From: Octopus vulgaris
Lineage: Eukaryota
Length of the DNA: 64,000 nt
Direction: 5' to 3'
Assembly: GCA_951406725.2 (NCBI GenBank)
Contig: OX597836.1
Span: 17,608,001 to 17,672,000 of the forward strand
A model generated the notes under the pieces. That model saw nothing but the letters and a program-made list of their open reading frames with translations, was not told where the DNA came from and did not search any database. Below, in pieces: positions 1-14,929 of this stretch (positions are counted from its first letter, which is position 1; each line of letters starts with the position of its first letter). The translations under genes were made by a program, and so were the position numbers.

Positions 1-56
1 AACTTCATCCTCCATTTTTGACAGCAAATACTGAAATAGGCATTAATAATAGTTAG

Positions 57-750
57 GCACACACGTAGCTGTGTGCTAAGAAGCTTGCTTCCTAACCACG
101 CGGTTCCGGGTTCAGTCCCACTGTGTGGAGCCTTGGGAAAGTGTGTTCTACTATAGCCTCGGGCTAATCAAAGACTTGCGAGTGGATTTGGTAGACGGAA
201 ACTAAAAGAATCCCGTCGTATATATATATATATATATATATGTGGATGTGTACATGTGCGTGTGTGTGTTCCTTTGGATCAGTGATTGTCCCCTTGACAA
301 TTTGACTACCGGTATTGGTGTGGTTAAAGGCGGCGATGCTGGCAGAATCGTTAGCACACCGAGCGAAATGCTGAGCGGTATTTCGTCTGTCGCTACATTC
401 TGAGTTCAAATTCCGCCGAGGCCGACTTTGCCTTTCATCCTTTCGGGGTCGATACATTAAGTACCAGTTACGCACTGGGGTAGATATAATCGACTTAATC
501 CGTCTGTCCGTCGTTGCTTGTCTTCTCCGTGTTTAGCCCTTGTGGGTAGTAAAGAAATAGGCATTGGTGTGGTTACGTCCACGTAACTTAGCGGTTCGGC
601 AAAAAAACCGATAGAATATGTACCTGTCTCAAAAAAAAAAAGAATAAAAGTACAGAAGTCGCTTCATTCGACTAAAAATTCTTGAAAGCCGTGCTCCAGC
701 ATTGCCGCAGTCCAAATTCTTAAGCAAGTAAACCCATAAAAGATAAAAAA
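57..750 (+). mobile_element. SINE family A copy (tRNA-like head, internal (TA)n/(TG)n, CR1-like tail), degenerate, interrupted by a SINE B
   Basis: Matches the 43823-44248 copy: ggttccgggttcagtcccactg head, gtggatttggtagacggaaact, aacttagcggttcggcaaaa, gtgctccagcattgccgcagtc tail. Confidence 0.85.
327..559 (+). mobile_element. SINE family B nested in SINE A, 16-bp TSD
   Basis: ggcggcgatgctggcagaatcgttagc...gagttcaaattccgcc (Pol III box A/B-like), gcctttcatcctttcggggtcgata core, gtagtaaagaaata tail; flanks ggtattggtgtggtta (311-326) / ggcattggtgtggtta (560-575). Confidence 0.9.
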
Positions 751-1224
751 GTGATTATACTGTGCAGGAAGGTAATGCTTAAGCCAAAATTAATGTAAGA
801 GTCTTGGTAATCATTCTTAATAATTGTACGAAGTCGTTGATACTGTAGAAAACACTCGAAATATATGAAAAGCCAACACTTTATAAGTATGATTATCAAT
901 CTCTACACAACACCGTCAGAGGGCGCTGAGTGTTCCCGAGACTCTCAACGAATGGCGAAGGATGGCGTTGACGTTTGTTGTTCTCGTTGTCATCACCATA
1001 ATTTCACGGTCGTTTCAAGGATAAAAGACGTTTCCTATTTAAATATAACGAGACAGCTGTAACAGGATGTTACTTAAATTGATAATAACATTTGTAAGTG
1101 TGGAGTAAAAGGTTACCTCTTCTTACCTCTTCTCTTCGCGCAGTTACATCTCTATGAACGATCGATACATCACGTTTTATCTGGCTTCAATATTTGCAAT
1201 TACTTCATTTTTAATTAATTACAA

Positions 1225-1277
1225 TTACAATTACAATTACTATTATTATTATTATCATCATCATCATTATTATTATC

Positions 1278-1357
<80 letters not shown>

Positions 1358-1380
1358 CATTACTATTATTATTATTATTA

Positions 1381-1468
<88 letters not shown>

Positions 1469-1474
1469 CATTAC

Positions 1475-1535
<61 letters not shown>

Positions 1536-1558
1536 CATTACTATTATTATTATTATTA

Positions 1559-1624
<66 letters not shown>

Positions 1625-1680
1625 GTAGTAGTAGTAGTAGTAGAAGCACTAGTAGTAGTAGAAATAGTAGCAGTAGTATC
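1225..1680. repeat. (TAT)n/(TAG)n microsatellite
   Basis: Direct reading. Confidence 0.98.
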
Positions 1681-1699
1681 ATCCTTATTAAGGCAGCAA

Positions 1700-1920
1700 A
1701 GTAACAGAGCCGCTAGCACTCCGGGCAAAAATCTTAGCGGCATTTCGTCCGTCCTAAAGTTCTGAGTTCAAATTCCGCCGAGATCAACTTTACCTTTCAT
1801 TCTTTGGGCGGTGGTCGGATGGGGTGGGGTATCAATAAAATAAGTACCATTTGAACACTGGAGGAGTCGATGTACTTGCCATCCCCCGAATTTCAAATCT
1901 TGTACTTATGATACATAGAA
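1700..1920 (+). mobile_element. degenerate SINE B-family copy
   Basis: ctgagttcaaattccgccgagatcaactttacctttcattc...aagtacca. Confidence 0.75.
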
Positions 1921-2419
1921 TTCTTGTTCTTGTTCTTGTTCTTGTCTTTTTTTTTTCTTCTTCTTCTTCTTCTTCTTCTTCTTCTTCTTCTTCTTCTTCT
2001 TCTTCTTCTTCTTCTTCTTCTTCTTCTTCTTCTTTTTCTTCCTCTTCTTCTTTTTCTTCTTTTTCTTTTTCTTCTTCTTCTTCTTCTTCTTCTTTTCTTT
2101 CTTCTTCTTCTTCTTCTTCTTCTTTTTCTTTTTCTTCTCCTTCTTCTTTTTCTTCTTCCTCTTCTTCTTCTTCTTTTTCTTTTTCTTCTTCTTCTTCTTC
2201 TTTTTCTTCTTCTTCTTCTTCTTCTTCTTCTCCTTCTTTTTCTTCTTCTCCTCCTCCTCTTTCTCCTTCTTCTTCTTTTTCTTCTTCTCCTCCTCCTCCT
2301 TCTCCTTCTTCTTCTTCTTCTGCTACTTCCTCTTCCTCTTCTTCTTCTTCTTCTTCTTCTTCTTCTGCTACTTCCTCTTCTTCTTCTTCTTCTTCTTCTT
2401 CTTCTTCTTCTTCTACTTC

Positions 2420-2451
<32 letters not shown>

Positions 2452-2510
2452 CTTCTTCTTCTTCTTCTTCTTCTTGATGATGATGATGAAGATGATGATG
2501 ACATTGATGA
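1921..2510. repeat. (TCT)n polypyrimidine microsatellite, then (GAT)n
   Basis: Direct reading; the poly-E/S/R/L ORFs are its translations. Confidence 0.98.
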
Positions 2511-2599
2511 TCTCCCATTTCTCGTGGTATGCGAATTCATTTAGTCTTTTTCGTCTTTCATTTCTATTTCCATATTCGTACTTTACTGTAACATTTTCT

Positions 2600-4010
2600 C
2601 TTTTATTAATAATGAGAATAGAAAATGCCTTGTTGTACGAAAAGAAGTGCTAGAAGATGGACAGGAGATAGAAGCGTCGGAGATAGAACGAGAAATGAAA
2701 TTGACTTCATACTATCAAGCGGTCCAAATATAATCCAGGAGGTGATGGTTATCAACAGAGTGAACATTGGAAGAGGCCATCGACTTGTCAAACACAAAAG
2801 ACAAATAAACACAACTGAAGAAAGCAAGAAGAAACTAAGGAAGTCTCAGAGAATTTGCATGGAAGATCTCATACCAAAAGACTCAGAAATAGAGAATACC
2901 AAACGAGTTCCCTATGGATACCGCATTTATTACAACGAGTGGCTTGTAAACGTATCTAACTCGCTTTCGCTCGTTAGATACGTTTACAAGCCACGAGTTG
3001 TAATAAATACGGTATCCATAGGGAATGAGTTTGGTATTTTATTTATTACACACGAATAAACGACCATATTTTATTAACCCAATAACTAAATTCTTCAAGT
3101 TTAGTTGTAACTTATGAATGACAAAAGTAGTGCCGTCACCGTGACCTCAAGTCATCACCATGGATTGACCAATCAGAAGCAGCGCTGTCACCGTGACCTC
3201 GGGTCATCACCATGGATTGACCAATCAGAAGCAGCGCTCGCAGTATCTGACATATGTTAGATACCAAAAATATCTCAAAGTGTTCTCACTCACATGTGTG
3301 TAATAAATTCCAGTTAGTATTGCAAAATAGATTTGATATACTCCGGGGCAGGATAAACAGTAGTTATACCGAAGGCATAACGAATCTTATTGTTGAGACA
3401 ATAAGAATTACACCTAAGGAAAATGCAACAGAAAAAAGGCAAAAAGCCAAACATTGCCGAAAGATATTATTATGAGTCTTATGAATATCCGAAGAAGAAT
3501 AAAACGAGATTCATTTACGCAATGCATGGCATATAATGAATTATATAAAACAATAACATAGAGAAAAGAAAACAGTCAAATAGGGGGATGATGAAGAAGA
3601 CAACTGAAAACTACGAAGTGAATGATTGCTATGGGATGTGATACAATCATTTAGCCTAAATGATAAAGACAGAAAGGAACTTAGAGATGTTGGAAGAAAT
3701 AAAGGAGTTCTATGAAAGCCTATATCAATCAAGCAAAGAAGTTTCTAGAACAGTAAATTCAAAGGAAAGAGTGCCAGGCATTTAGGAGGTAGAAGATAGA
3801 AATGTCATTAAGGAATTAAAAAGCAATAATATTGCAGATCCAGATGGGATTGTAACAGACATAATAGAAGTGGTTGGGGCCAAGCACAGAGAAGGAACTG
3901 GATTAGCAATCTACATAAACATATGATTCCGGATAAATGGAAAAATTCCGAACTGAACCATTTTTATAAAAAAAAAAAAAGGGATACCAAAGATATTCGT
4001 CATTTTTTTG
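2600..4010 (+). pseudogene. decayed RTE-clade LINE ORF (APE endonuclease C-terminus to start of RT), interrupted at ~2890-3307
   Basis: RRWT...TRNEIDFILS...VINRVNIG.GHRLV (APE IDYIL / SDHRLV motifs), FQLVLQNRF, later ELKSN.IADPDGI and IPDKWKNS...YKKKGDTKDIR (pre-RT motifs); many stops and frameshifts. Confidence 0.8.
2890..3308. mobile_element. non-autonomous hairpin element (144-bp imperfect palindrome + 52-bp tandem dimer), possibly Crypton-like
   Basis: Palindrome 2895-3038; 52-bp repeat 3135-3186/3187-3238 with ttgaccaatcag; atttattacacac (3041) inverted as gtgtgtaataaat (3296); splits the LINE peptide ...PKDSE|FQLVLQNRF. Confidence 0.65.
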
Positions 4011-4250
4011 GAATAATACCAGTGATATCTTGGGAAAAATGTGTCGGAAGTAAAAGAATTTGATTAACACCTGCGTCTAACTCCATTTATTTATTTATAT
4101 ATATTATACAAAATATTTCACATAAACCCGGAGGTCTTACCTTTCAAAAAGAGGTAATTATTTATCTATTTTGTCCGTGTTAATTGTTAACAAGGGAAAA
4201 ATACACTTACACACACATATATATGTATGTATATGTATATATATAGATAT

Positions 4251-4315
<65 letters not shown>

Positions 4316-4995
4316 CATACATGTATGTACATATAATCGTATTCAAAGGTGTAGATTTTGCTGATGTCAGTAAGTAGGCTCAGCTAAATCCAGATTTAAT
4401 AGTCCCACAGGATTAAAGGAACTTCAGCAATGACCATCCAAATATTCGTAAACCAATTTGTGAAATGAGGGAAAATTTGCAGTTAAATCTAGCAGACTGG
4501 TCGTCCACGTATAGGTTCGTCTGTTGGCTCATCTTACCAAAAGCCAAAAAAGATAATAATAAATATATAAACATATAAAGTTGTGTTCAGTGCTGTTTTA
4601 TTGCATTTTATGTTGAGGTGGAAGGGTAAAAAACATGGCGGCCGTGACTGAAACGGTGTGGCTGTGCCGACAACAATAATGGTTACATATGAATATGCAG
4701 CCATAGAGGATTGGAAATAATTTTTGATGCTGTAGTTGTTGCACTGTTGTTTTTGCCTTTTTGTTTTCATTGGTGTCGTCTGCTAACTAAATGAATAAAT
4801 TTACGCTAAACAGAGACATCCACACAAAACATGGTCTGGAATTCGCATGCAAAATATATGGAGACATTACCAGAAACATGAAGACATGCAATCCGACATA
4901 GAAAACAAAGTTAACTAATGGTGGTAGACACAGCTGGAATTAAACTACACAGGATAAAAGAACAACCAAACAAATTTAAAAGTGTATATGTGTAT

Positions 4996-5063
<68 letters not shown>

Positions 5064-5453
5064 ATGCATGTTTGTATGTATACAATTATAAACATGTATG
5101 TATTTGTAAATTAATAAACATAAAGAAACAAGAAAGCATATCAACGCCGCCCACAGATATAAGCCCAGGTACACAGACATACAAACAGACACACGCAGAC
5201 AAATGCAAGCACAATCAAACACCCTGACACAGCCTCACACATCCCCACTCATATATATGTACATAAGTGTATATACATATATATGTGTGTGAGTGTGTGT
5301 GTGTGTGTATAAAATGTCTATATTTTAAGACAAAACACCGGCTCATTACACCAGCATATATATATATCCATATATATGTACGTATATACGGATATAAATC
5401 TAAAAACGTATGTACAACTGGACATATACATATATGAATATATATATATATAA

Positions 5454-5567
<114 letters not shown>

Positions 5568-5763
5568 TCATCTTCAAATATAGACAGTTATTGATATATA
5601 TATCGGTAACAAACTGAAACAGTCAGAGAAACACGGCGTCTAATTATTGTGTAGGTAGACAGACAGATAGATAAAGAGACAGACATAGATAGGTACGTAG
5701 CGCAACATATACACATACGTGCATATATATATATATTCTTCTATACACAATCACACACACCCG

Positions 5764-6159
<396 letters not shown>

Positions 6160-6161
<2 letters not shown>

Positions 6162-7385
6162 TAAATTAGAGATAAAACCACTATTAGGCAAATCATACAA
6201 TGAAAAACTTAAGATTAATACATAAGATTAATTAATTTATATTATTTTAAATATATATCAAAATTATTAAAAAAAGATAATTAGTATAACACTAGTGTGT
6301 GTTTGTGTATAAATCCCCAAAACGCAACAAATGAGAATAAAACATCCGGACAGATGTATGATACAAAGACGGTCAAGAAAAAACAAGAACGGGTTATTTG
6401 TGGTCTTCACTCCTCGGTCAAGTTTCCAGATTATCCAGTTACATTCGAGACTGTTCAAATCTGGCTGGTCCCAAATGTCTAAGCTAAGAGCGTTAAATAT
6501 TTGTGCAGAAAGCAAGCGAATGTGTATGGCAACAAAGACAAAAATGAAAAAAAACAACAGAAAAAAGAAGAAAATATTACACAATTACAAATACAAACAA
6601 CGAGGAAATAACAACAGGTGTCTTTCGACGAATCAAATTGACCTGGCGTCTGTGGAGTGAAAGCCTTGAGGCAGGAACTTAGATAAACATAAGAGATGAA
6701 AGTGATGAGACAGGAATATTGGCCATGCTTCACGGCCGATTCGCATAAGTTCATACCTTAAGAGATCAGATACACATATACTCTGTGTGTGTGTGCATGT
6801 ATGTGTGTGTGTGTGTGTGTGTGTATTTATAACACTTGTATACATACTTAATTATGTTCCGAAACAATCGCCTATATAAATGACATACACACACACGCTC
6901 ATATAAATACATATCCGTGTTATATAATATGTGCACACATAGAAACATGCATACAAACACAACATACATGCAAAGCAAGTATTTATAAACCTGAAACCTA
7001 TATATACATAAATATACGCAGACATACATACATAGAAACGTACTTACAAATACATATACATATAAATTTACGTACATTTATATATGTATATTGATATTTA
7101 TATATATATTAAACTTTTTAATACCTTTTGATAGTTATATAAAAAAAAATTACAATATTAAAAAATTAAAAAATTAAAAATTAAAGTTTAAAAATTTATA
7201 AATTTAAAATTAAAAAAAAAATCTATAAATATAAATTAAAAATTTTTAATTTAAATAATTTAATTTTAAATTTTATATTTTATATATTTTGTATATTATA
7301 TTAATTATATTTATTTTTATGTTTTGGTTTATGTTTTTTCACTGTGTGATTTGCCTAATAGTGGTTTTATCTCTAATTTAATTTA
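6160..7385. mobile_element. inverted-repeat-bounded non-autonomous element between (TA)n tracts
   Basis: aaattagagataaaaccactattaggcaaatca at ~6163 and its reverse complement tgatttgcctaatagtggttttatctctaattt at ~7347-7380; the same terminal motif recurs at ~55482-55505. Confidence 0.7.
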
Positions 7386-7387
7386 GG

Positions 7388-7422
<35 letters not shown>

Positions 7423-7910
7423 ATGATTAATTTATGAACTTCTACAAATCCAAACATATTTGTCAAAAATGGGGGAGATACGATGTTAAAAAGTTGTAAG
7501 AAGTTTATTCATGTACACAATCGTTTTCTACATAGATATAAATTCATTCATAGTACTCATCAGTGCAGAGAAAAAAAATAATAAGAGCTTTAAAAAAGAG
7601 CAGAGAAGTTGGTTCTATGAGTTTCATGTTTATCTGTTCCTATTTATATGTGATACAGATGAGAGTCATCTCAATTATTAAACCACAACTAACGGATTAA
7701 CGGTTAAGGGACGATATAAATATAGAGCTGTCGATAACAATCTCTCAATAAATTACTATAGATTTGCTAATTAAATCTCCATATGTGAAATGTAGGGCAA
7801 GTTAGAGAAATGTCCAATGAGATGACGTTAGAAATCTTTTTGGAAAACCACTCCAATTAAAGGACGAATTAATATTGAAACTTTTACACAAGTATATATG
7901 TGTATATGTA

Positions 7911-7953
<43 letters not shown>

Positions 7954-8045
7954 ATGTGTGTGCGCGTGTGTGTGTGTGCGTGTGTATCTATGTATATTTG
8001 TATAAGTATATATATGCATATGTATATATGTGTGATGATATCCTA

Positions 8046-8095
<50 letters not shown>

Positions 8096-8166
8096 CACAC
8101 GCATACACACACTCGCACACACACACACGCTCGCATCACATAATTATACATATATGCATACATATA

Positions 8167-8204
<38 letters not shown>

Positions 8205-8458
8205 GATGGATGTGTATTTGATTTAGATACGGTTCTCTGCTTTATTTTAATTAATCTTCTAGCACAGCCAGTGCTCAAAAGATGCCACGAGGTATACACC
8301 TAAATTGATATCACGTGACATCTTTTAATGCATTTACAAGGGAATTGTAAACATTGACTTGTGTTGCGACGCCAGATTGTTTGGATTAGTAACACTCTAT
8401 CCACTGCGCCTTCGGATACATATACATATATATACATATATGTATATATATATATGTA

Positions 8459-8498
<40 letters not shown>

Positions 8499-8538
8499 AA
8501 CAAAATTCGATATGCGATAAAATAAGATTATATATATG

Positions 8539-8607
<69 letters not shown>

Positions 8608-9119
8608 ATATACATATGCGTGCGTATGCGAGGAACGGTAGGCAATTAGTCATGGTGGGACAAGCACATTTGATTTCATTTATTTCAATCTAAAAATTTA
8701 GTTGTATAACGAATAGTAAATATAGTTCAAAACAGTAAAGATAGTCTCTGACAGCTGTTTCCGGGATATCCCAGGTACTGGGGCATCATATCGAGTGAAA
8801 AATCTGTAAGTTGGGTATCCCGTCATCGGAGAAATATAGGTTGTCCTGGAGGCTATTAGGATTCAATTAAATCCATTTGGATCTGATTTTCTTTAGGTAT
8901 GTCCATGATTAGAAAGAGTTTTTATGTTCTACATCAAGGTGAGAAAAGGGATGCAGTACTTTATATTGGTGGGAAATGAAAGTGAATGCTAGCAGATATA
9001 GCGTTGAGCATGGAATAAAGATACATTCTGGTTAGAGCAAAGATAAAAAGGTAAGAGTTATGCCTTGGATATATATTTTATCTCATACCTTTCTAGATAT
9101 ATATATTCACTTAGTCATA

Positions 9120-9514
9120 TCTCTGTATATATAAAGCTGAAGTTGTCTGTGTATGGCAGGTTTGGTAGCCTTCAACTAACACTATCTCCTCCGAGACCCT
9201 GCGGTGCGAGTTGACCAAAATTAAGCGTATGATAGAAGAAGGCTTGCTCTTCTTTCCGTAGAAGAAAAAAATTCAAATCGGACCATGTTAACACCAAAAA
9301 TTATTTACATCAAAAAGGTGCTTTTTTTTTAATGAAAATCCCTATTTTTTACGATTTTTTGACTGCTGTGTCGACATTTTTCGGTGTATTTCAACCAGAA
9401 AAATGTTCACTTAAAGAGAATAACAAGCTACATAATGCAAAAAGTTTTACTTTTCAGAAATTCCAATTCTAAAGGGTCGAAACAAACCAGAGCAACGCCA
9501 GGCGATACTGCTAG
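9120..9514 (+). mobile_element. non-autonomous Helitron-like element
   Basis: 5' TC start (tctctgtatatataaa), 3' GC-rich hairpin-like ccagagcaacgccaggcg followed by tactgCTAG; sits between A and T with no TSD. Confidence 0.8.
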
Positions 9515-10066
9515 TAAATATTAATAGCCTTTTTAGATTGTTAGAACTCAATAGACATATGCGTCAGAAAGAAGTGTTTGAGAGTACAGAACGTATAAAA
9601 ACATAAATACGTGACAAGGGATCAAGAAATTATGTAATGAACTTCATTCGATTATAACTGTTTCTGCTACAAGGTGTAATGCTCTTATATTTAAGTGCTG
9701 GTGTATCGTCCTAGAGCTTCGGGGAAATTTCAGAAATGAATTTTATTTGGGAAAGCATTTATATACATCGAAAAAAATATGAAAATATGTAGGAAACAAA
9801 GTATAAAAATTGAATAGTAAAACCTCCGCCGAGAAGAAAATTAGATTCAGATCAATTTTGTGTATTATGCATGTTTGTGCGCGTGTGTGTGTGTCTGTGA
9901 GAGTACGTGATTGTGTGAGAGTATGTGTGAGTGTGTGTGCGCGCGCGTGTATGTGTGTGTGTGTGTGTGTGTTTGTGTAAGTGTATATTTTCTGCGCAGT
10001 GGAACCAAATAATGTTTTGATAAATATCCTTCTTTGATAAAAGTGCACATACACACAAAAAGCACG

Positions 10067-10139
<73 letters not shown>

Positions 10140-10691
10140 ACACACACATACACACACATATACACACATATATATATGTGTCTGCATATATATGATCAAA
10201 CAGTGACATGTTCGTCTTTTCTGCTTTTTATTAAAATTTGTCCATACTTTTTTTATTAGTTCTTTATGCTTAGACTGCATCAATAGTGTTTCTTAATCAA
10301 TTAGGCTGACGTTTGGACAGTTTCATAATCTAATTTTCCAGAACTGAAGGATTATGATTTAAAGCGGTGAACAGACTATCATCCCTATACAATCCACTGT
10401 GAATTTTCCTAAATCTAATTTTTTATTTCGTTTTTTTATTTGGTTTGCAAGATTCTTTATGTGAATTCGTGTGTCGAAGCATATTTTATTGTGTGTGGGG
10501 TGAGAGAGAGTGTGTGTTAAATTAATAAGGCACTAAAAAAGAATGACTCTCCCCAGGCACAATAAAATATTTTTCATTTGATGCAATGGACATAACACAG
10601 CTAACTCCCACTCACAAGATATCCAGATCCGTCAATTCTAGATTTTCGGGATCAAAAATGGCCTAGATCACATTTACATGTTCTAGATATA

Positions 10692-10914
10692 TATTTCTTT
10701 ACTACCCACAAGGGGCTAAACACAGAGGAGACAAACAAAGACAGACAAAGGGATTAAGTCGACCCCAGTGCGTAACTGGTACTTAATTTATCGACCCCGG
10801 AAGGATGAAAGGCAAAGTCGACCTCGGCGGAATTTGAACTCGGAACGTAACGGCAGACGAAATACGGCAGCGCATTTCGCCCGGCGTGCTAACGTTTCTG
10901 CCAGCTCGCTGCCT
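10692..10914 (-). mobile_element. SINE B with TSD tgttctagat
   Basis: Full family match; tgttctagat at 10679-10688 and 10915-10924. Confidence 0.92.
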
Positions 10915-11749
10915 TGTTCTAGATGTAGTGTACTATTCCTTTATATCGAAGATCAAAGATTTGCTCTATAAAATAGCGAAAATGGTGAATAATAGTGTCC
11001 TATATCAAACCGAACGTTTGAGGCATTCGGTTTATTTTTCTATCCGCTGTATCAAGCTAATAACCCGTCAGTATTGTGATGTACAATATGTTTCATGCTC
11101 CGAGGGTATAGGAATGTGTTGCGCTTGCATAACGGGGTGTATAAAACCTCGTTATCGTTCAGGTTCTTTTGTTTGATTGCAAGATAGACGGCAGCACACT
11201 AAAGATCATATGGCTACTGTTATATCTTATCATGTAAATTATAGTAACTCACATTTAAATCCTGTGTTTATTGAATTTCATCCACACACACATCCACACA
11301 CACAAGAGTTAAAAAAACAACGACAAATAATAAATGCACAAACAAGCGGAAAGCAGACACAGAGGGTTACTAAATTCTCATTAGTTATCGGCCAGAGGGT
11401 CAAGCACAATGATTTAAAAAAAAAACCCTTTGAAAACAGGAATCAGCCGAAGCAGTTACAATACATCAATGACAACAGCAAGCTAGTTTCACAGCAGGGG
11501 TGGAGGGAGCAAAGCCTGAGATCTTTGAGTCGATCCCAATAGTCAAGGCTTGTCATGTCATCCTCTGCAGACCTCTACCAAGCGGCTCATTTTAAGATAG
11601 ATACACAAGTAAAATTACTAATAGAGAAACGAAAATAAAACTTTGGAAACAGCAACGCCACCATAGGTTACGTGGAAACGATTAGCGTGTTTTCAAGGGA
11701 GATAATCAAAGAACATAATATTGTAATGCTTCATGTAAAGTAAATATAA

Positions 11750-12200
11750 TAAATGAACAATCCTTCAAGAATCCATAAAAATTCCTGGATAACTACCAAA
11801 ATTTGATCATCTGTTTCTTATGTCATTATTAACTTTTGTTACAAGTTTCATCAAATACATATTTCTTTATTACCCACAAGGGGCTAAACACAGAGGGGAC
11901 AAACAAGGACAGACAAAGCGATTAAGTCGATTCCATCGACCCCCAGTGCATAACTGGTATTTAATTTATCGACCCCGAAAGGATGAAAGGCAAAGTCGAC
12001 CTCGGCGGAATTTGAACTCACAACGTAACGCAGACGAAATACCGTTAAGCATTTCGCCCGGCGTGCTAACGTTTCTGCCAGCTCGCCGCCTTTTCATCAA
12101 ATACCGTTCACAACCTTTTGAGTTATTTTGCACACAGACGACAGACGGACAAACCAACGCCGATGAAAACATAACCTCTTTTCTTTGGCGGAGGTAATAA
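11750..12200 (+). mobile_element. Helentron/DINE-like non-autonomous element (host of a SINE B)
   Basis: Ends in (GACA)-rich tract then aaaacataacctc...ggcggaggtaataa stem-loop, the 3' signature of HINE/DINE-type elements; the 5' limit is uncertain. Confidence 0.55.
11859..12091 (-). mobile_element. SINE B with 13-bp TSD
   Basis: tttcatcaaatac at 11846-11858 and 12092-12104. Confidence 0.93.
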
Positions 12201-12262
12201 AGGCGCAAACAAACGGAAAACAGACAAAAGGTCACCAAATACTCATTATATTTATATATATA

Positions 12263-12643
12263 CTAGCAGTATCGCCCGGCGTTGCTCAGGTTTGTAAGGG
12301 AAATAACTATAAAGCATTTTTAGAGAGTTATAGCCAAAAATTAGCAAAAAATGGAAAAAAACGATGGTAAATTTTTTTTTAGTTAAAAAAGGTGGAGTTG
12401 CGTCCCCTAGACAGTTTGCGGTTTGTGTTTCTGATTCTCGACCCCATGTCGAATTTATCGATTTTTTTCAGAACTGGGGGAACTTTTCAAAATTTTCGCT
12501 GCGTTAGTTTTGAATTATGACATTGGGCTATGTGTGTGTCAAGTTTCATCAGAATCGGTTGAAAGCCGTGGTCAGGGTGAGGGTACAAGCAAACAGACAC
12601 ACAGAAACACGCACAGACAAACTGCCGTTTATATATAGAGAGA
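12263..12643 (-). mobile_element. non-autonomous Helitron-like element
   Basis: Minus strand begins tctctctatatataaa and ends cctgagcaacgccgggcgatactgCTAG, sharing both termini with 9120-9514. Confidence 0.8.
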
Positions 12644-12644
12644 T

Positions 12645-13855
<1,211 letters not shown>

Positions 13856-13882
13856 GTATATATATATATATACATATATGTA

Positions 13883-13913
<31 letters not shown>

Positions 13914-14197
13914 GTGTCTGTGCGTATGTATGTATGCATGTATACATACATGTATGTATGCATCAGTCTAGTTATCTATTTATCAATATAGAAACTCCTG
14001 AAAACATGTCAAAAAATATATAGGCATAAACTCACACTTGCAACAGGGGTGCACTCAGATACACATACATATATATATATATATGTATATACATACATGC
14101 ATATATCTATATATATATATTTATATATATATGCATGTATGTATATACATATATATATATGTATATTTACATATACATTCGCACATTGCATACATGC

Positions 14198-14615
<418 letters not shown>

Positions 14616-14929
14616 CACGCAGACGTTCATATGTAAGTATTCAACATAGTTTTGATTCAGGAACTAAACATACGAGCTAATTGTCTCAGCCATAATTGAC
14701 AACGACATGTCGTTGGGTTTTTTTTAGACGGAGATGAAACCTCACATCGGAGTAAAATAATAAAACAATTCTATTTCACGTCAACTTGTAGTACATCCAC
14801 TGCTTAAAAGATGATCTCACCACTGTAAATAAACATATTTTTCTAAAGAGTCTCTACTTTTCTCAGTTTAAGTATGTGTTGTATTCCATGATCAGGTAAA
14901 CGATTATTTTACGAACGATATAATTAAAG

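Noticed and set aside
164-475. Recurring peptide MRNWYL.YRPRKDERQSRPRRNLNS (also 10768, 11820, 52784)
   Set aside because: Antisense translation of SINE B, not a gene family.
1154-2544. Long ORFs (poly-Y/I/L/E/S/R) here and the many YI/CV/HT/YLSI ORFs throughout
   Set aside because: Pure translations of microsatellites, open in several frames on both strands.
8700-9060. Possible Penelope RT N-terminal relic on minus strand (PPGQPI resembling PPGRPI)
   Set aside because: One short motif amid stops; insufficient without a profile search.
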